From Haliotis rubra (Eukaryota): DNA of 64,000 bases. The notes beneath the pieces were generated by a model. It was not told where the DNA came from. It made no database searches and saw only the letters and a list, made by a program, of their open reading frames with translations. Of the stretch, positions 13,290 through 26,800 are shown in pieces. Both the position numbers and the translations under genes were made by a program. Within the stretch, counting starts at the first letter, position 1, and each line of letters opens with the position of its first letter. Location of the stretch: contig NW_025765548.1 of assembly GCF_003918875.1 (NCBI RefSeq), positions 62,001-126,000 of the forward strand, in the 5' to 3' direction.

Positions 13290-14175
13290 AGGTATTACCT
13301 CCTACACTGTGTATTTTGAGAAAAAGAGACTGCTGCTCACTTATGTTGGCTTCTTACAAGACGGGTTGCAGCAGTTGATCTCGGGAATGATTCGTTTTCT
13401 TTCCTCCAATTCCGACCACAGCACATATCCGCTTCACTGTTGTTTGTATCGTATTGTGTCCCATAGGCGATTCTAGATACCATTTTCCGTCCTTAGGTTT
13501 CTTCCAAGCAGTGAAATAAAAAGCGTTTGCCCGAGTTGAAGAGGTTGGACTGAAACAGTTGTAAATTGTGTTCACATGAAATATTTATATCTAGGATAAA
13601 TTGACTTTTGATTCGAGATTATCTAATAGTCAAGTTTATAAAATAAGGTTTTAATTAAAATTATTATAAATCTTATAATAAGCACCGGGTGTGACATGTT
13701 TACAATGGAGGTTTTATATAGACAAATGAATATTTCATAAAAACTTCAATTGCCGAACCTCCAAAAAGGGAAAGAGCTCCTTCCGTTCCCCAAACCCTAA
13801 ACCTAACTCGAAACCTAACCCTAAACCTAACCCTAACCTACATTTTGGACTTTTAGTCATTTTTGTGAGTTCTCTAGTAAAAGTTTTGTTAATAATTTTA
13901 GCATACATTAATTTATAAATATTATTTGGGACGTGGGAACGGGAGGAACTCTCACCTAGAAAACTTACCAAAGTGACTTGTACTTTTCAAATAGGCGAAG
14001 GTAGCATCTTTCTAGATTTTCCGTATTTCATAGGTTCGCACGTTTTTCTTTTGCTCTTTACGATCTTTGACTCCACCGAGATTGGTTTTAGATACATCTT
14101 CCATGTACTGCAAATATCTGCGTCCGTTCTGGTCAACATGTGGCCCTGTAATCCGTCGGTTCTGAGCTGTGTTAG
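13290..14175 (-). mobile_element. Crypton-like tyrosine recombinase (DUF3504-type) relic
   Basis: YLQYMEDVSKTNLGGVKDRK..VRTYE and FYFTAWKKPKDGKWYLESPMGHNTIQTTVKRIC..GKKTNHS/RSTAATRL; frameshifted and interrupted. Confidence 0.7.
13774..13951. mobile_element. Small non-autonomous element (HINE/MITE-like) with a CCTAAC-type microsatellite
   Basis: Inverted repeat GAGCTCCTTCCGTTCCC / GGGAACGGGAGGAACTC enclosing (CCTAAA/CCTAAC)n; lies inside the Crypton relic. Confidence 0.5.
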
Positions 14176-16057
14176 CTAACCACGTGGTATATAACTGTGA
14201 CGAAAATCTCGTGCAGTACACGGTTCGTGTGGCAGCGCAACCTTCAATTTATTGTATTTTTTGTAAATTTCGATTTATTTTTCTTGTTTATGTTATATTT
14301 CAATCATTCTGACGATTTACAACACCTGTTTACATTAGAATGTGAGTAATACAACCATATTAGCTGACTGTACTTTCCAACAACCTTTCTGCCATATTTC
14401 GAAAATATTAGTATGTCTCCTAAATATCCCCTTCATCACACTGAAACACGTAGACAACTATGTGAAAGAAGCAAGAAAACGTAACTGGAAACAAAATTTA
14501 AATGTAAACGAATGTATGTAAGACTAACCTTATTCACGTTCAAGGCGATTTTAAACTGGTGTATTGTACATGGACCAGCAGCCTCAGTACAATACCAGCC
14601 TGACAAAATCATAACCATAACTGTTACTGTATGAGATGCAAACAAATAGTGATGATACCTGCTGTTGGGGTGTCCTGCAATGGCAATTGAATTGTTCCCC
14701 TGAACGTGGGATGCACGCCAAAACAGGGGATTGCAAAATGTCAGCTTTCAACATGAACCATTTTGAAAGCCATAATGATGTTTCACATGTTTTGACTAAC
14801 TCAAATGAATTTAGTTATGAGTATCTATATATGAGATGAACGTGTATTTGTGCGTCGCTTTGGAAGTGTTTGGGTTTAACATCTGAAACATGTCTATTCA
14901 AAGTTAAAGATGATGTTGAGTTCAGTGATTCATTTTAGTATTGAAACCCGTTTACTGAATATCGACTTCATAACGATTTTAGTGATCAGTGTTAGACATC
15001 CAAAATATATTCCGTCTTCAGATACATTCTGGTTAAGCAACATGACAATCTGTATTCGTTTCCAATATCTATATTACTGATAAATGTTGGAAAGATATCC
15101 TAAACCTCCCATTAAACCCCTCTTCTATATAATTACAAAACGAATGGTAAATAATTGTTTTGACCAAAGAATACAACTTAGAAACAATGCAAAAGTTTAT
15201 CAACAGCGTCTTGGTACAACTGTCTTGTGTAATCATGAAGTATATAATATATCTATCCAAATACTCATCTGTTATCTTTATATCTAAAACTACAATGATT
15301 CATTGAAAACGGGGTACCAAAAGGAACTACAAACATCAATTGCGTAAACTTCGGATCGGACTGCACCAAGCTCGTCTAACGATATTATTGACTAATTACG
15401 TCATTATCGAGAACCATTCTCACATTTATTAATGCAACATACACACACGACATGAATGAAGAAGTTCCGTAAGAAACAGGATGAACGGATTTTAGACGTT
15501 CAAATACTATCATGATACACATCTCCATGTTTCACAGAAGATTTAACGACTCTTTTTAAATCTGTAGAATATCATTTTATCTTCATGCATGGACCAAAAT
15601 TGAAATAGATCTATTTCAACTCTCTCAACGCTGTCTTTTCAGCACAATAGTTTGGTTCCACTGTCAACACCAACTTTAATATCTCGGATATATCTTTGAT
15701 TTCGTTCAAGTCGATAGAACAGTATTTCTACCAAGATGCTGCCTTTTAATGTCATTGTGCAATGCATCTAAATATGCCTGGTGCATCTCGATTGTCGCTT
15801 GTTTTCTACATTCCCAACACGACCTCTATCAACAGTGCTTGATCTGTGTTTTGTGAGGCTTGACCCAAGCGGCTAAAAACAACTAACGAATGATATATGG
15901 TTACATCTAAAGAACAGCATTTTATCTTTCTTCATGGTATGTAAAACGTGATTGTAAGACCCATGTCACACACCTTACATTGAATGATACACTCATAAAT
16001 GTCATTCAATAAATGTTTCTCAGTGGTTATGAATAACCACGTATGTGTTGTCGATGG

Positions 16058-16188
16058 TGAGAGAGTGAGTGAGTTTAGTTGTATCCCGCTTTTAGCAATA
16101 TTCCAGCAATATCACCCATGTGAGGCATCGAACCCGGGTCTTAGGCGTGACGAGCGAACGCTATAACTATTATGCTACCCCACCGCCC
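16058..16188 (-). mobile_element. SINE family A copy (internally deleted)
   Basis: Reverse complement of the 4049-4213 family. Confidence 0.8.
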
Positions 16189-16472
16189 TTGTTGTCTGTA
16201 GAATTAGGACACGGATGACACGGATAATCGTCAGTAATTCTATATTTCGGCCCTGTTTAGTACAGATTATGTGTAATTATCTTGTTTGGGTGGGTTCACG
16301 ACCTCCAACAAGGAAGCCTTCCTCATAGGACGTATTTCATGCTCAGGTGCATCTAGTTAGACATTTGAATGCTCCATCACAGGTTTTCATGTCATATATG
16401 GTTAGTGGCTGTCATTGCATTAAATTCGACACCACTCTCACGTTGCGTGGAACACGCCTCTCTCTAATTCAT

Positions 16473-16680
16473 CATAGGCGGACTCAGAGGCGGGACGGGG
16501 TGTGGGGATTGTAGGGTTGTGCACTCCCCACCCCCCTTTTCTCCTGAAAATTTAATAATTGACCATTGAAACTCTCGTGAAAACGGGTGAAAATTAACTC
16601 AGCACACACACCCAACCGCGCGCGCACACACACACACGCAAACTTTCTTTTTCTTTCCCCAATAGCTGTATCCGACCCTG
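16473..16680. mobile_element. hAT-like MITE
   Basis: Degenerate TIRs CATAGGCGGACTCAG / CTGTATCCGACCCTG; no clear TSD. Confidence 0.45.
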
Positions 16681-17254
16681 TGCTCTGTGTCACGTATAGA
16701 TGTAAACTCACAGCAACGGATAAAATTTGTGTATTTTTTTATGTTCTCAGCGCACATATTTCATAACTCAATGAAGGACTGTTATATTACCAACACTCGT
16801 TTCTTGTATAAACGATGTCGGGTTTAAAGTGGCTCTCTCAGCATCTTGCTTTTCAAAAAGTTAAATTTCCGTTATGTATTGGTAGTAGGTCAATGTCTGA
16901 TGCAATATGTTTTCTTGGGGTCTCTTCAATTCTTCGGGAGAGCATGGTATTGCCTTTGTATTTCAATTAATTTTTTACTCACGAATAGAAGTACGGAATG
17001 TATGTAATTCTTACTCTTTTGCAGGATGTCACTGCTTGCATCCAATCGAGTCAAGGATTGCATATTTGATTCGTTTCTGTTTGAGTATTTATAACATAGA
17101 AAATCATATATTTGTTTGTAAAAGACCTTGCATCTGGTTTCAGGATTATAAAAGCCTAATGTTGCCACCTGTGAAGTATAAAATATATGTTTACCGAAAT
17201 GTCCCGTCGCTTGGATCATCGTGTCCGTGGTTCGGAATATGTTCTCGTTATATC

Positions 17255-17420
17255 AATTATTTTCTCGTTTCTTCGAGTGTTTTCTCATTCTTTCTAGTAT
17301 TTTCTCGTTACTTCGAGTATTTTCTCGTTACTTCAAGTTTATGTCAAAACTTGAAATCTCGAGTGCTTGAAAGAAACTTGAAGTACCGAGAAAATAATTG
17401 AAACAGCGAGAAAATACTCC
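17255..17420. repeat. 20-bp tandem repeats with inverted counterparts (transposon subterminal-type)
   Basis: TATTTTCTCGTTACTTCGAG about x4, then reverse-complement-like units CTTGAAGTACCGAGAAAATA. Confidence 0.55.
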
Positions 17421-19385
17421 CAAGCACCGACAAATACATTGAATAAAATATTTATGCTACAACGTAGCAGCACTAGGCTTTCGTCATACGATGTTTTAAT
17501 TTTGGAACCTGTCAAATTCGACATTCATTCGGACGGGCGGAGTTTAGTTACCTAATTACTTGCATTGGACTCTTCTTGAAAACACCAAGTGATCAGATCC
17601 TGTGATTTGAAAGAAGAGGTAAATACACTGAAAAAACATTCTTCACCCCTTTTTTTCTTGTGCCTTTATAACAAACATCGATTAGATACATTATAGAACA
17701 TCTTCACCAATGTTTATGTTTTACTATTTCTTCCTTATCCCTTTTATAGTATTATTTTCATATATAATATAAAAGCTTTCTTTTTTCTTTCCATCTTACT
17801 GGATAGAATAGATTGATATTACTGTCCACACTATGTGACGTTATAATAAACAACAATGACAATGAATTGAGAGTTTCTTTATTCACAATTTGGCGGTCAT
17901 ACAGTGTCAGTATTATTTATCACAATTGGGCCCACACACAGACAAACCACAGTTAATAGTTAAATGTTGGAAACAACCAACACTGGTTTTGATAAGATTT
18001 TCTCTACCTTGACTTGGGCGTAGTTTCAATTCAATGCAATCATATTCATACGAATACGAGAAAGTGAATAGCAGTATTTACATAGGTGCACATACACCTG
18101 AAGATATGTTTTTTTACAATTTGGACAGGTCAACAGAAGGGGATAATATTCCGATAAAAAGAAGAAAGTCTTATGAAAAGCACCGGTAATTGAAATGTAC
18201 ACAAATATACAGTCAGTATATGCAGAGACAATGATAATGACCTTTGCAGTAACGTAAAGTTCACTAAAGCCGGCCTAAAGTGACTATATATGGATTACAT
18301 AATCATTATCTGAATGACACATCGCACACAGCGCCACCAAACTTGATGACATCATATTAAGATGTATTGACACATGTTTAATGACACGTCATTTTACCAG
18401 GTTAAGAAGGGGTCATTGCTACGAGATGCAATAACATAAGACAGCAAACCTGTGGAGTTTTTTTCTTGACTTACACCTCTTGCCCCCTTATATTTTGTTT
18501 TGTCAATTGTGAGTTTGATATGTCACATTCTCTCAAACTAGTTTTTAAAATAAGTGCTAATCTAGTTGTCACTTTGTCCTTTGACGACATAATTGTACAT
18601 TTATGAAATGTATTTGCCAACTGTATTGCTGAAATATTGCGATGTGACGATAAATGTTAACTCACTCACTCATTGGGGGAAAGACGTATTGGCTGCCAAT
18701 CACAGAAAAACTTCCATGTCAAATATGTGTAAGCGTGTATCGATAGTAGCATGCTTTGCTGAAAGAAAAACAGAATAGGCCTTTTCAAATAGTGTGACAT
18801 CATCATGTCACAATCAGTCTAGAAAAAAAGTTTGAATGAAAAACAAATGTAAACAACTTAGTAGTTTTGTCAGGCTTTTTTCTTGCTTTTGAGAAAACTT
18901 TGTTTTAATTCCGTATACCTTAGTATGGATCTATAGCCCGTTCTTATATTGTACTGTTGTCTCTCGTGATATATTTTATGATAGCGTACTAGTTTTAAAT
19001 TAAGAGCTGTGATATTCTAGTAGTTTTATTGTCCTTCGATAACCGGTTTTTACGTTATACATATATTGATTTGAATATTGATAGCAACTGTTCTCGTCAC
19101 GATACGGCTGCAATATTGCCGATGAGACGTTAAAATGTAACTCACTCACACATAAAACTGTTTCACCAAGTCTCTCGTGCAATTGGTACACAAAGTCGAA
19201 CACTGAAAAGTCATGTTCATTGTCATAACGAGACTGCTGCGTCATTATATTGCAGTCATGTTTGGTCTATTAGCAAAATCCTTGTCCAACTGCATTAGTG
19301 ATATTGCTCATAATACACAATGCGCAGAGAAATCAGGTACAATATTGAAATGATATTGCACAATGCTACCATGAATGACAATGCT

Positions 19386-21679
19386 TTACAGGTTAGCATA
19401 GAGTCCAAGAGATTCCAGTCGTCCTTGTGCAAACTCCAGACACCGGCGAACATCCTCCTGAAAGTGAAACAAAACACGTCAGAACTGTAGACCCAAGGCA
19501 CACTGTACTTAATATGGTGTCTCGCTGTCTCGAGCATGCATTAGCATGGAGAGATATTTCTTAGCATTACTCAAACCCGACTGTAAAATACTAATCTACA
19601 CTAACCTATATCCTACCTGAGAGAATGGAGGTACACCGAGAGTTGAGTGTAGGCGTCGCATGTTGCTGATAACGTCCACCCTGCTGTCGTCCTGCAGTCT
19701 GCTGGCGATGTTCACCAAAAGGACCAAGAACCGTGCCTCGCTCACAGAGCTGCAGTGAACAATAAGTCATGTACCCACTCATTTGTAATAACCCCCACAA
19801 TTATAATGATTACGACAGCGGTTTTACAATCACTACAATATTTTCTTTTGATGTCTTTATAAATCAGATCGACTTACAAAACAGTAAGATATTTAGTAAG
19901 CTGTAACTACCAGGAATCATTGTTTACTGATATTGTGTTTGACTGTGCCACATGTCTGCTCATGTAATGTGGCTTTACATAGTTCAGTATTTGTGACCTC
20001 ACACGATGGAGAAAGGAAATGGGTCACCAAGAAGCGACTATTTTTTTAAACGGCTTCGTTCCAATACATATTATGGAGTTTTCAAAACTCTGACCTGAAA
20101 TCTTTCATCTTTCAGATACATGGTAGATAAATTTTCATGTGTAGAGCTTCTGAGACAAGTATATATTTTACATGTCAATCACAAAGAGCTATTGTTTTGG
20201 TTTCACTGAATAATTTTGTTCGTACAGAAATGAACTGATGTAAACACAATATTTTTACTGAGACATGATTGTGCAGGAACATCTCTGTGGGTCACTCATC
20301 CATGTAAGGAAGCTGTCAATCAACAGACTGACACTTGGATCATGTGTACTTCCGGTCACATGATAGTGTTGAATTGTTGTGGTGACGTCAGCATCCTGAA
20401 AGACAGTTTTCCTTCTTTACAAACAATACGGATAGTTAAACTGAAATACATATAGTAATACGATGTGTTGGTGATATATTTTTGATGCCAGGAAGTTCCC
20501 TAATATTTAGATGTTTGATTGGCATTTTAGAATATGCTATTTGATGAACAAAGATAATTTTCTGGGTTTCATATTCTTTTTATTGTTTGGTATAACGTTT
20601 CAGGGCTTGTTCTGGCCCGATCAGTTCTACCTGTTGATGGGACCAGAACAAGCCCTGAAACGTTGTCCCAAACAATAAAAAGAAGATGCAACCCAGAAAA
20701 TTCTCTATGTTCCCAATATTTATTTTAGAAAATCTGCAAAGAGGAAAATACCCTGGAAGTCGAGTGATACCACAATGTTTGGTCGAGGGACATCAGAAGG
20801 GCATTGATTGTGTTTTGAACAGAGCAAGCCCAGTACTATATTACTCTCACACTGTTTGACCTTGGATAATGGTTATGACTGTCAAACGCATTTTGCATTC
20901 ATTACATCCCTTGTAAAACCGTGAAGGTCCGGGTTAGAATATTGATCTTCAGTAGCCCATGATTGTCGTCAGAGGTGATTAACAGGATCGGGTGGTCAAG
21001 CTCGCTGACTTGGTTGACACATGTTATCGGTTCCCAATTGCGCAGATTGATGCTCATGCTGTTGATAACTGGTTTGTCTGGCCCAAACTCGATTATTAGA
21101 GACCGCCGCCATATAGCTGGAATATTGCTGAGTGCGGTGTAAAACTAAACTCACTCACTCACATCCCTTCTCAATGAAATGTAAGCGTGAATTGTAACAT
21201 ATCTGTCATAAGCTTTACATTTACTGTGAGATCAATAGAGTTCAGGATAACATCATTAGATATAACTTTAGATGTTTGCAGGCTTGCTGTCAGCCTTGAT
21301 GTGGAGACAGGACTGTCCATCGACGGAAGGAAGATCTGCAAGCCAGAAAGTGTTAACTTCAGGGATTTTTTTCCTTTTCAGGATTGTCAATATTTGCGAG
21401 TGCATTTTGGATCGTATAATTAATGACCACCGATATTCGACTATTTAAGAACGAAAAAAGAAGATAGTGTTAAATAGACAACAACATGTCATCTTTATCA
21501 ACAAAGCAATAGTTTTCCGAAATATTTTATAACTATTCCTACCTGGTTTTCTACAGCCAACGTGATCAATGTGTGCGAATCGCTGTTATACATCTGATTC
21601 CATAGTTCCTCCTTGTCTGGTTGTGACGTCGTTATGAAGAAGCCCTTCCTTGATGTGAAGGACTGCAGTGAGATATAAC
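19386..21679 (-). CDS. Gene B degenerate PTP D2 domain exons and terminal exon
   Basis: Five phase-compatible exons (137/117/137/133/72 bp): SFTSRKGFFITT..LWNQM; ...TIMSH|SVSEARFL..RVDVISNMRRL; EDVRRCLEFAQGRLESLGLYANL*. Confidence 0.75.
20556..20702. repeat. Long inverted repeat, Penelope-like palindromic remnant
   Basis: Arms of about 65 bp; contains CTGTTGA..GAAACGTTG..AATAAA. Confidence 0.6.
20917..21162 (+). mobile_element. SINE-like family B (about 250 bp, TCAC tail)
   Basis: Copies at 36304-36525, 58703-58902 (-), 61665-61876; TSD ACATCCCTT. Confidence 0.8.
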
Positions 21680-22179
21680 CTATTACAAATACATTTATGT
21701 TAACTGTGTATATCATCCTGATCTGCACACACGATGCGACTATGCATCTTATCAACAAAGTGATATGAGGAGTAGCTACGGTAGACACAATATGTTACGT
21801 TAATATGAAGGGGAAAATAATGGTTAAGTTTGAATTCATTTAAGTGAGAACATAATTAATGTTAAGATCTTATGTAACAAGCATATCAAAAAGTTAACCT
21901 TTATTCAGCCATATTGAGGACATTGAAGAAAGTATCAAACCTACTGCCACCGTGGTAATATGATCTCCAGGAAGACCTGCTGAAAATATAGATTAACATT
22001 AACTGCCTCTTTATTGGATCCTCGTGTTTGTGCAGTTTTAGAATGTGAAAATGAACAAGGCTCCTGCTTAAAATGTGTTCAATTGCATTCCACGAAAAGT
22101 CAAGTATAGTACAGTGTAACTGGAACTGCCTTCAAATTACATCCTCGCTGATGTCAATAAGGCACCACTGCTCAAAGTA

Positions 22180-22656
22180 CAGTATCCCTTGGATATAACG
22201 CCCCTGGTTGTAATACCACCCAGGATATGATGGCGTGTTTTTGCCAGAACGGATTTCTTTTCCTTATAATACCCTGGTTACAATGCCATCTGCCAATGAT
22301 TTTGGGAACAAAAATCATTTTAATGCCAATTACGCTGGCTGCATGTATACATATCTTAATTGGTTAATTGACAAAACTCAAATTATTTGACCAAACACAT
22401 TAGGGCTTTAAGTAGTCGTGTTCCCAGATTGGATAACACATGTGACAATACACTTCCTGCTACCTACAACAAGTCACCTGCAGCCCCCAGATGCTGGGAT
22501 TATCCAGTTATTCAAGGATCATTACAGGAGACATCAACTCAATCACCTTGTTGATTGTATAGAGCCTGAAAGTGTCCTACCTGGTTATAATGCCACCCTG
22601 GATATAATGCCCTATCTTCTCCTGGAAAACTGTGACATTATAACCAGGGTATACTG
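22180..22656 (+). mobile_element. pogo/Tigger-like non-autonomous DNA transposon
   Basis: TIRs CAGTATCCCTTGGATATAACG / CATTATAACCAGGGTATACTG, TA TSD; residual DDE_1 motif FLLPTTSHLQPPDAGIIQLFKDHYRR. Confidence 0.85.
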
Positions 22657-22793
22657 TATGCGTGATTCTGACTAGCATGAGTTTGAGACAATATGGCCGA
22701 CAACAGGTAGACAGGTGAAAATCTGTCAATGGACTGACCACATATATATGCAGAGTGAATAGTGCATCAAATCCAAAACTGTTAAAATCGAAA

Positions 22794-23820
22794 ATGGGAA
22801 TTACTCCACAACAGTTTCGTGCTAAAATTGATGTTTTGCACACACCCAGTGGTGGATATTGTCGAAGATGTGTCGGCGAGCAGTGTCGGCTCGCATACCA
22901 CAAAACAAGCAATGGCGAGTATAGCCACCCGGTTCACAGTGTTGAACCTTATACTTGCTCTGCTATTGCGTGCGGGTGTGGAGCCTAACCCAGGTCCCAC
23001 AGATCGACGGGTGGACGACAGAAGAGAGACAAGAAGTGGAGGTGCCACCAAACAGACGTATTTGTCATTGGGAAATGAGTCTGAACAATCACGGTCTGAC
23101 CTAGTTTATCAAGCCATCCGGGATCTCACACACAGGTTCGACGAAATAGTGAAGTCCAACAAGGACGTGCACAGTAAGTTAGACACTATTAACTCATCAA
23201 TTGTGCATATGAGTGCTCAATTACATGTTGTAGAAGAAAAATGTAAACATTTATCAAATGAAAATACGAAGTTGAGAGACTATGTTTACAAATTGGAGGA
23301 CAAGGTAGATTATCTCGAAAATCAGAGCAGGCGTGCAAATATGATTTTTCATGGTGTTCCGAAAGCAAAACCGAACGAGTCGTGGGATGATTGTGAAGTT
23401 ATTGTGAGAAACATCATGAAAAACGACCTTGAGATTGACGATTCAAACATCTGTATCAACCGTGCTCACAGAATAATCAACGGGAAAGCGATAGTTGCTC
23501 GGATACCTGACGATCATGATCGACGAAACATATTCACATCAGCTAAGAAGCTAAAGGGCACAGATATGTGTATCAGTGAAGACTTCTCTAAGACTGTCCG
23601 AGAAAAAAGAAGAAAACTGAAGCCAGCAATGATGGATGCCAGGGACAAGGATGAACGAGCGTTTCTTCGGTTTGACAAGCTGATTACTACTGATTGCGTG
23701 TATACATACGACTTGGAAAACGACAAGCTTGTTGTGTTGAAAGGGACAGACGACACGCCCACAAATCCACGTGCTCGAATGACGTCAGATGTCAGCAAAC
23801 AACCACGTGACCGAAGATAG
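22794..23820 (+). CDS. LINE ORF1 (coiled-coil/RRM-type) with N-terminal 2A-like peptide
   Basis: Likely start MGITPQQFRAKI (frameshifted into the 22819 ORF); LLLRAGVEPNPGP; LENQSRRANMIFHGV; INRAHR. Confidence 0.85.
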
Positions 23821-23862
23821 GACTGCGGCCCGGCTCTGATTGACAGCGAAATTGACATTGAA

Positions 23863-26800
23863 ATGGACAACGAAGCTGACACTATGGAGCGTGCTTCCCT
23901 CATGTGTTGGAATGTGAATGGCTTAAAATATAAACTTTGCATTGATCATTTCAGAGAATATTGTACTAACTTTAGTATTTTTGGGTTTCTTGAAATTTGG
24001 AATAATTGTAAGAAAGAAAGCATTGAATATGCCTTTCCAGCTTATCGTGTATTTTGTAGTTACCGGGAGTTTAATGATAGAGGGGGTGTTTCTGTGTGTA
24101 TTCATTCTTCGCTTATTTGTTATATAAAACATGTGTTTACTATATACAATGACATTATATTTATTGTATTGGACAGGACCATGTTTTCTTCTGCACGTGA
24201 TGTGATATTAGGCTTTGTGTATATTCACCCCGCCACCTCCTCTGTACTGACCGACACCAGGCCATGGAAAGGAGTTGACTATCTAGAGCGTTCTCTCTCG
24301 GAGTTGCTGTATGACTACCCAGAATGTGACATAACCTTAGCAGGAGATTTTAATGCTCGTACAGGAAATATAAATGATTTCATCATCGATGATAACAACC
24401 GTTATATACCAAGTCTTGAAGATATGGATTATGAAATGGATGAATTCAGTATGCAACGCCAGTCACGTGATGATGTGATTATTGATTATGGCAAAGAGCT
24501 TCTCGATTTATGCTGCACATATGGAATTCACATGCTAAACGGTAGATTTCAAGGCGACAAGTGTGGTGCATTTACGTGTTTCAAAGAGAATGGAGCAAGC
24601 CTGGTTGATTATGTACTTTGTTCATCAAATTTATTTGAAAGAATCCTAGATTTTGCTGTATGCACTCAATGTGAGTCAGATCACTTCCCTTTGAGTGTTA
24701 CATTCAACATCGGCACTGCAGCTAGGCAGAACACAGGCGTAGACACGAATGGAACCAGTATTCCCAGATTCGTATGGAAAGCAACCAATTCAGTAACATT
24801 TAGGGACATTGTATCTTCATCCTTAAGCAACATACATATGGACTTATAACTTCAAGATCGGGTTGACAACATCGACTTTATTGTCAATGATATTTCACAA
24901 ACAATACAAGATGCTGCTGTAGTATGTGGTATGGTGAGCAGACCATATCAGGAACGAGAGAATAACGCATGGTACGACAACGAGTGTAAAACCTCAAGGA
25001 CAAGAAATTCGGTTTATTGAACAAATTCAGAACTACTGGTGATAAACAAATATTGACTGAATACATTAAACTCAGGAATAGTTACAGAGGTTTGTGTAGA
25101 AATAAGAAACAACAATACCAAGATCGACAGATAAATGAATTGACTGATGTGAATATCAATAACAGAGCGTTTTGGCAAAAAATAAAGAAATTGTCAAGTA
25201 ACAGAAAGGTAACGACATCTATATGCCAGGACGAGTGGACAGAATATTTCAAAGAAGTTCTGAATGTAACAGGCAACTCGGTCGATCAACTCCATCTCGA
25301 CAAAGCAGAGGAAATTCTACGTGATCACTGCAGTCTGTCATGTGATGTATGTCAGGATGATGACATTATGTACCTACTAAATAGGGATATATCCGTAAAA
25401 GAGGTCAAGGCAGCTATTAGGAACTTAAAAGACGGCAAAGCAGCAGGTCCAGATGGTATAAAGACAGAGATGGTGAAATGTTGTGATGACTTACTCGCTC
25501 CATATCTAACTACCATCTTCAACGTGATATTAGTCACCGGAAAGTATCCGATTGAGTGGGCCAAGGGTATAATCGTACCTCTTCACAAGAAAGGTGACGT
25601 CAACGATGTCAATAATTATAGAGGCATATCCCTCATGGATGTTTTTGGGAGAATATTTTGCTCAATTCTAAATGAACGTTTACAATCGTTTGCAGATGTT
25701 TATGATAAAATCCCCGAGGCCCAAGCAGGATTCAGGAAGAACTACAGTACAACTGACAATATATTCACTCTTCAAAGTTTGATTCAGAAATATCTCTCAA
25801 AACGAGGCGGTCGCTTTTATTGCATATTTGTGGACTTTAGAAAGGCCTTCGATTCAATTAATAGACAGCTTCTTTGGTACACACTAATCAGAAACGATAT
25901 CCACGGCAGAATATCAAATGTGCTAAGGAATATGTACTCTAAAAATACAGTCAGCCGTGAGAACAGGCTCCAACTCAATCTCCGACTATTTTCAATGTTT
26001 GAGCGGTGTGCGACAAGGGTGCGCTCTCAGCCCTTTCCTTTTTACAATATTCATTTCAGAATTTCAAGTCATGTTGGAAAATGCCAATCTTAGAGGAATA
26101 TTCGTCGACCCTGATTTTATGGAGCTGGTCCTGTTACTTTTTGCTGATGACCTATGTATATTCGACGATTCTGTAATTGGACTTCAAAGAAAAATTGATA
26201 TTCTACACATCTACTGTCTGACATGGGGAATGGAAGTCAACATGAACAAAACGGAAATCCTTGTCTTTCGGAACGGAGGCTTCTTACGAAATTATGAAAA
26301 ATGGTATCTACACGGATCACAGATAAAATGCTCAACATATTATAACTATCTCGGAATAATGTTCTCCACTCGACTGTCATGGACTAAATGTACTGAGACA
26401 CTTACTACTAAAGCCACTAAAGCCCTATTTGCTATCAAACGGGTATCTTATAAATATCCAAATATGTCTGCAAGTGTTCTTTTCAAGCTCTTTGACAGTA
26501 AAATAAAGCCAATATTACTTTACGGTGCAGAAGTATGGGGTCACCAAGATAGACAAGCTATTAACAAATTCCACTCTAATTTTTGTAAATTTGTACTAGG
26601 TGTAGGTAAGCATGTGTCCAGTAACGCAGTATTAGCAGAATGCGGTAGATATTGTATTAGTATTGACTATCAAATTAAATGTATCCGGTACTGGTGTAAA
26701 CTATTATGTATGGCTACCGATAGGTACCCCAAGCAATCTTATATTCTTTTGAAAAAGCTTGATGATTGTAGCAGAATTACTTGGGCATCTTATATAAGAA

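Noticed and set aside
13793-13840. Interstitial telomere
   Set aside because: Short, mixed CCTAAA/CCTAAC units inside an inverted-repeat-bounded mobile element
14529-14645. Possible signal-peptide exon MVMILSGWYCTEAAGPC..NK with GT donor
   Set aside because: No compatible downstream exon or homology recognised; unsupported
16907-17401. 164-aa ORF
   Set aside because: Low-complexity reading through AT-rich repeat sequence; no domain features
19745-19765. IVHCS reading on the minus strand as the missing PTP catalytic motif
   Set aside because: It spans the intron acceptor (..TTCACTGCAG|) of a D2 exon; it is not followed by AGxGR and is preceded by an in-frame stop
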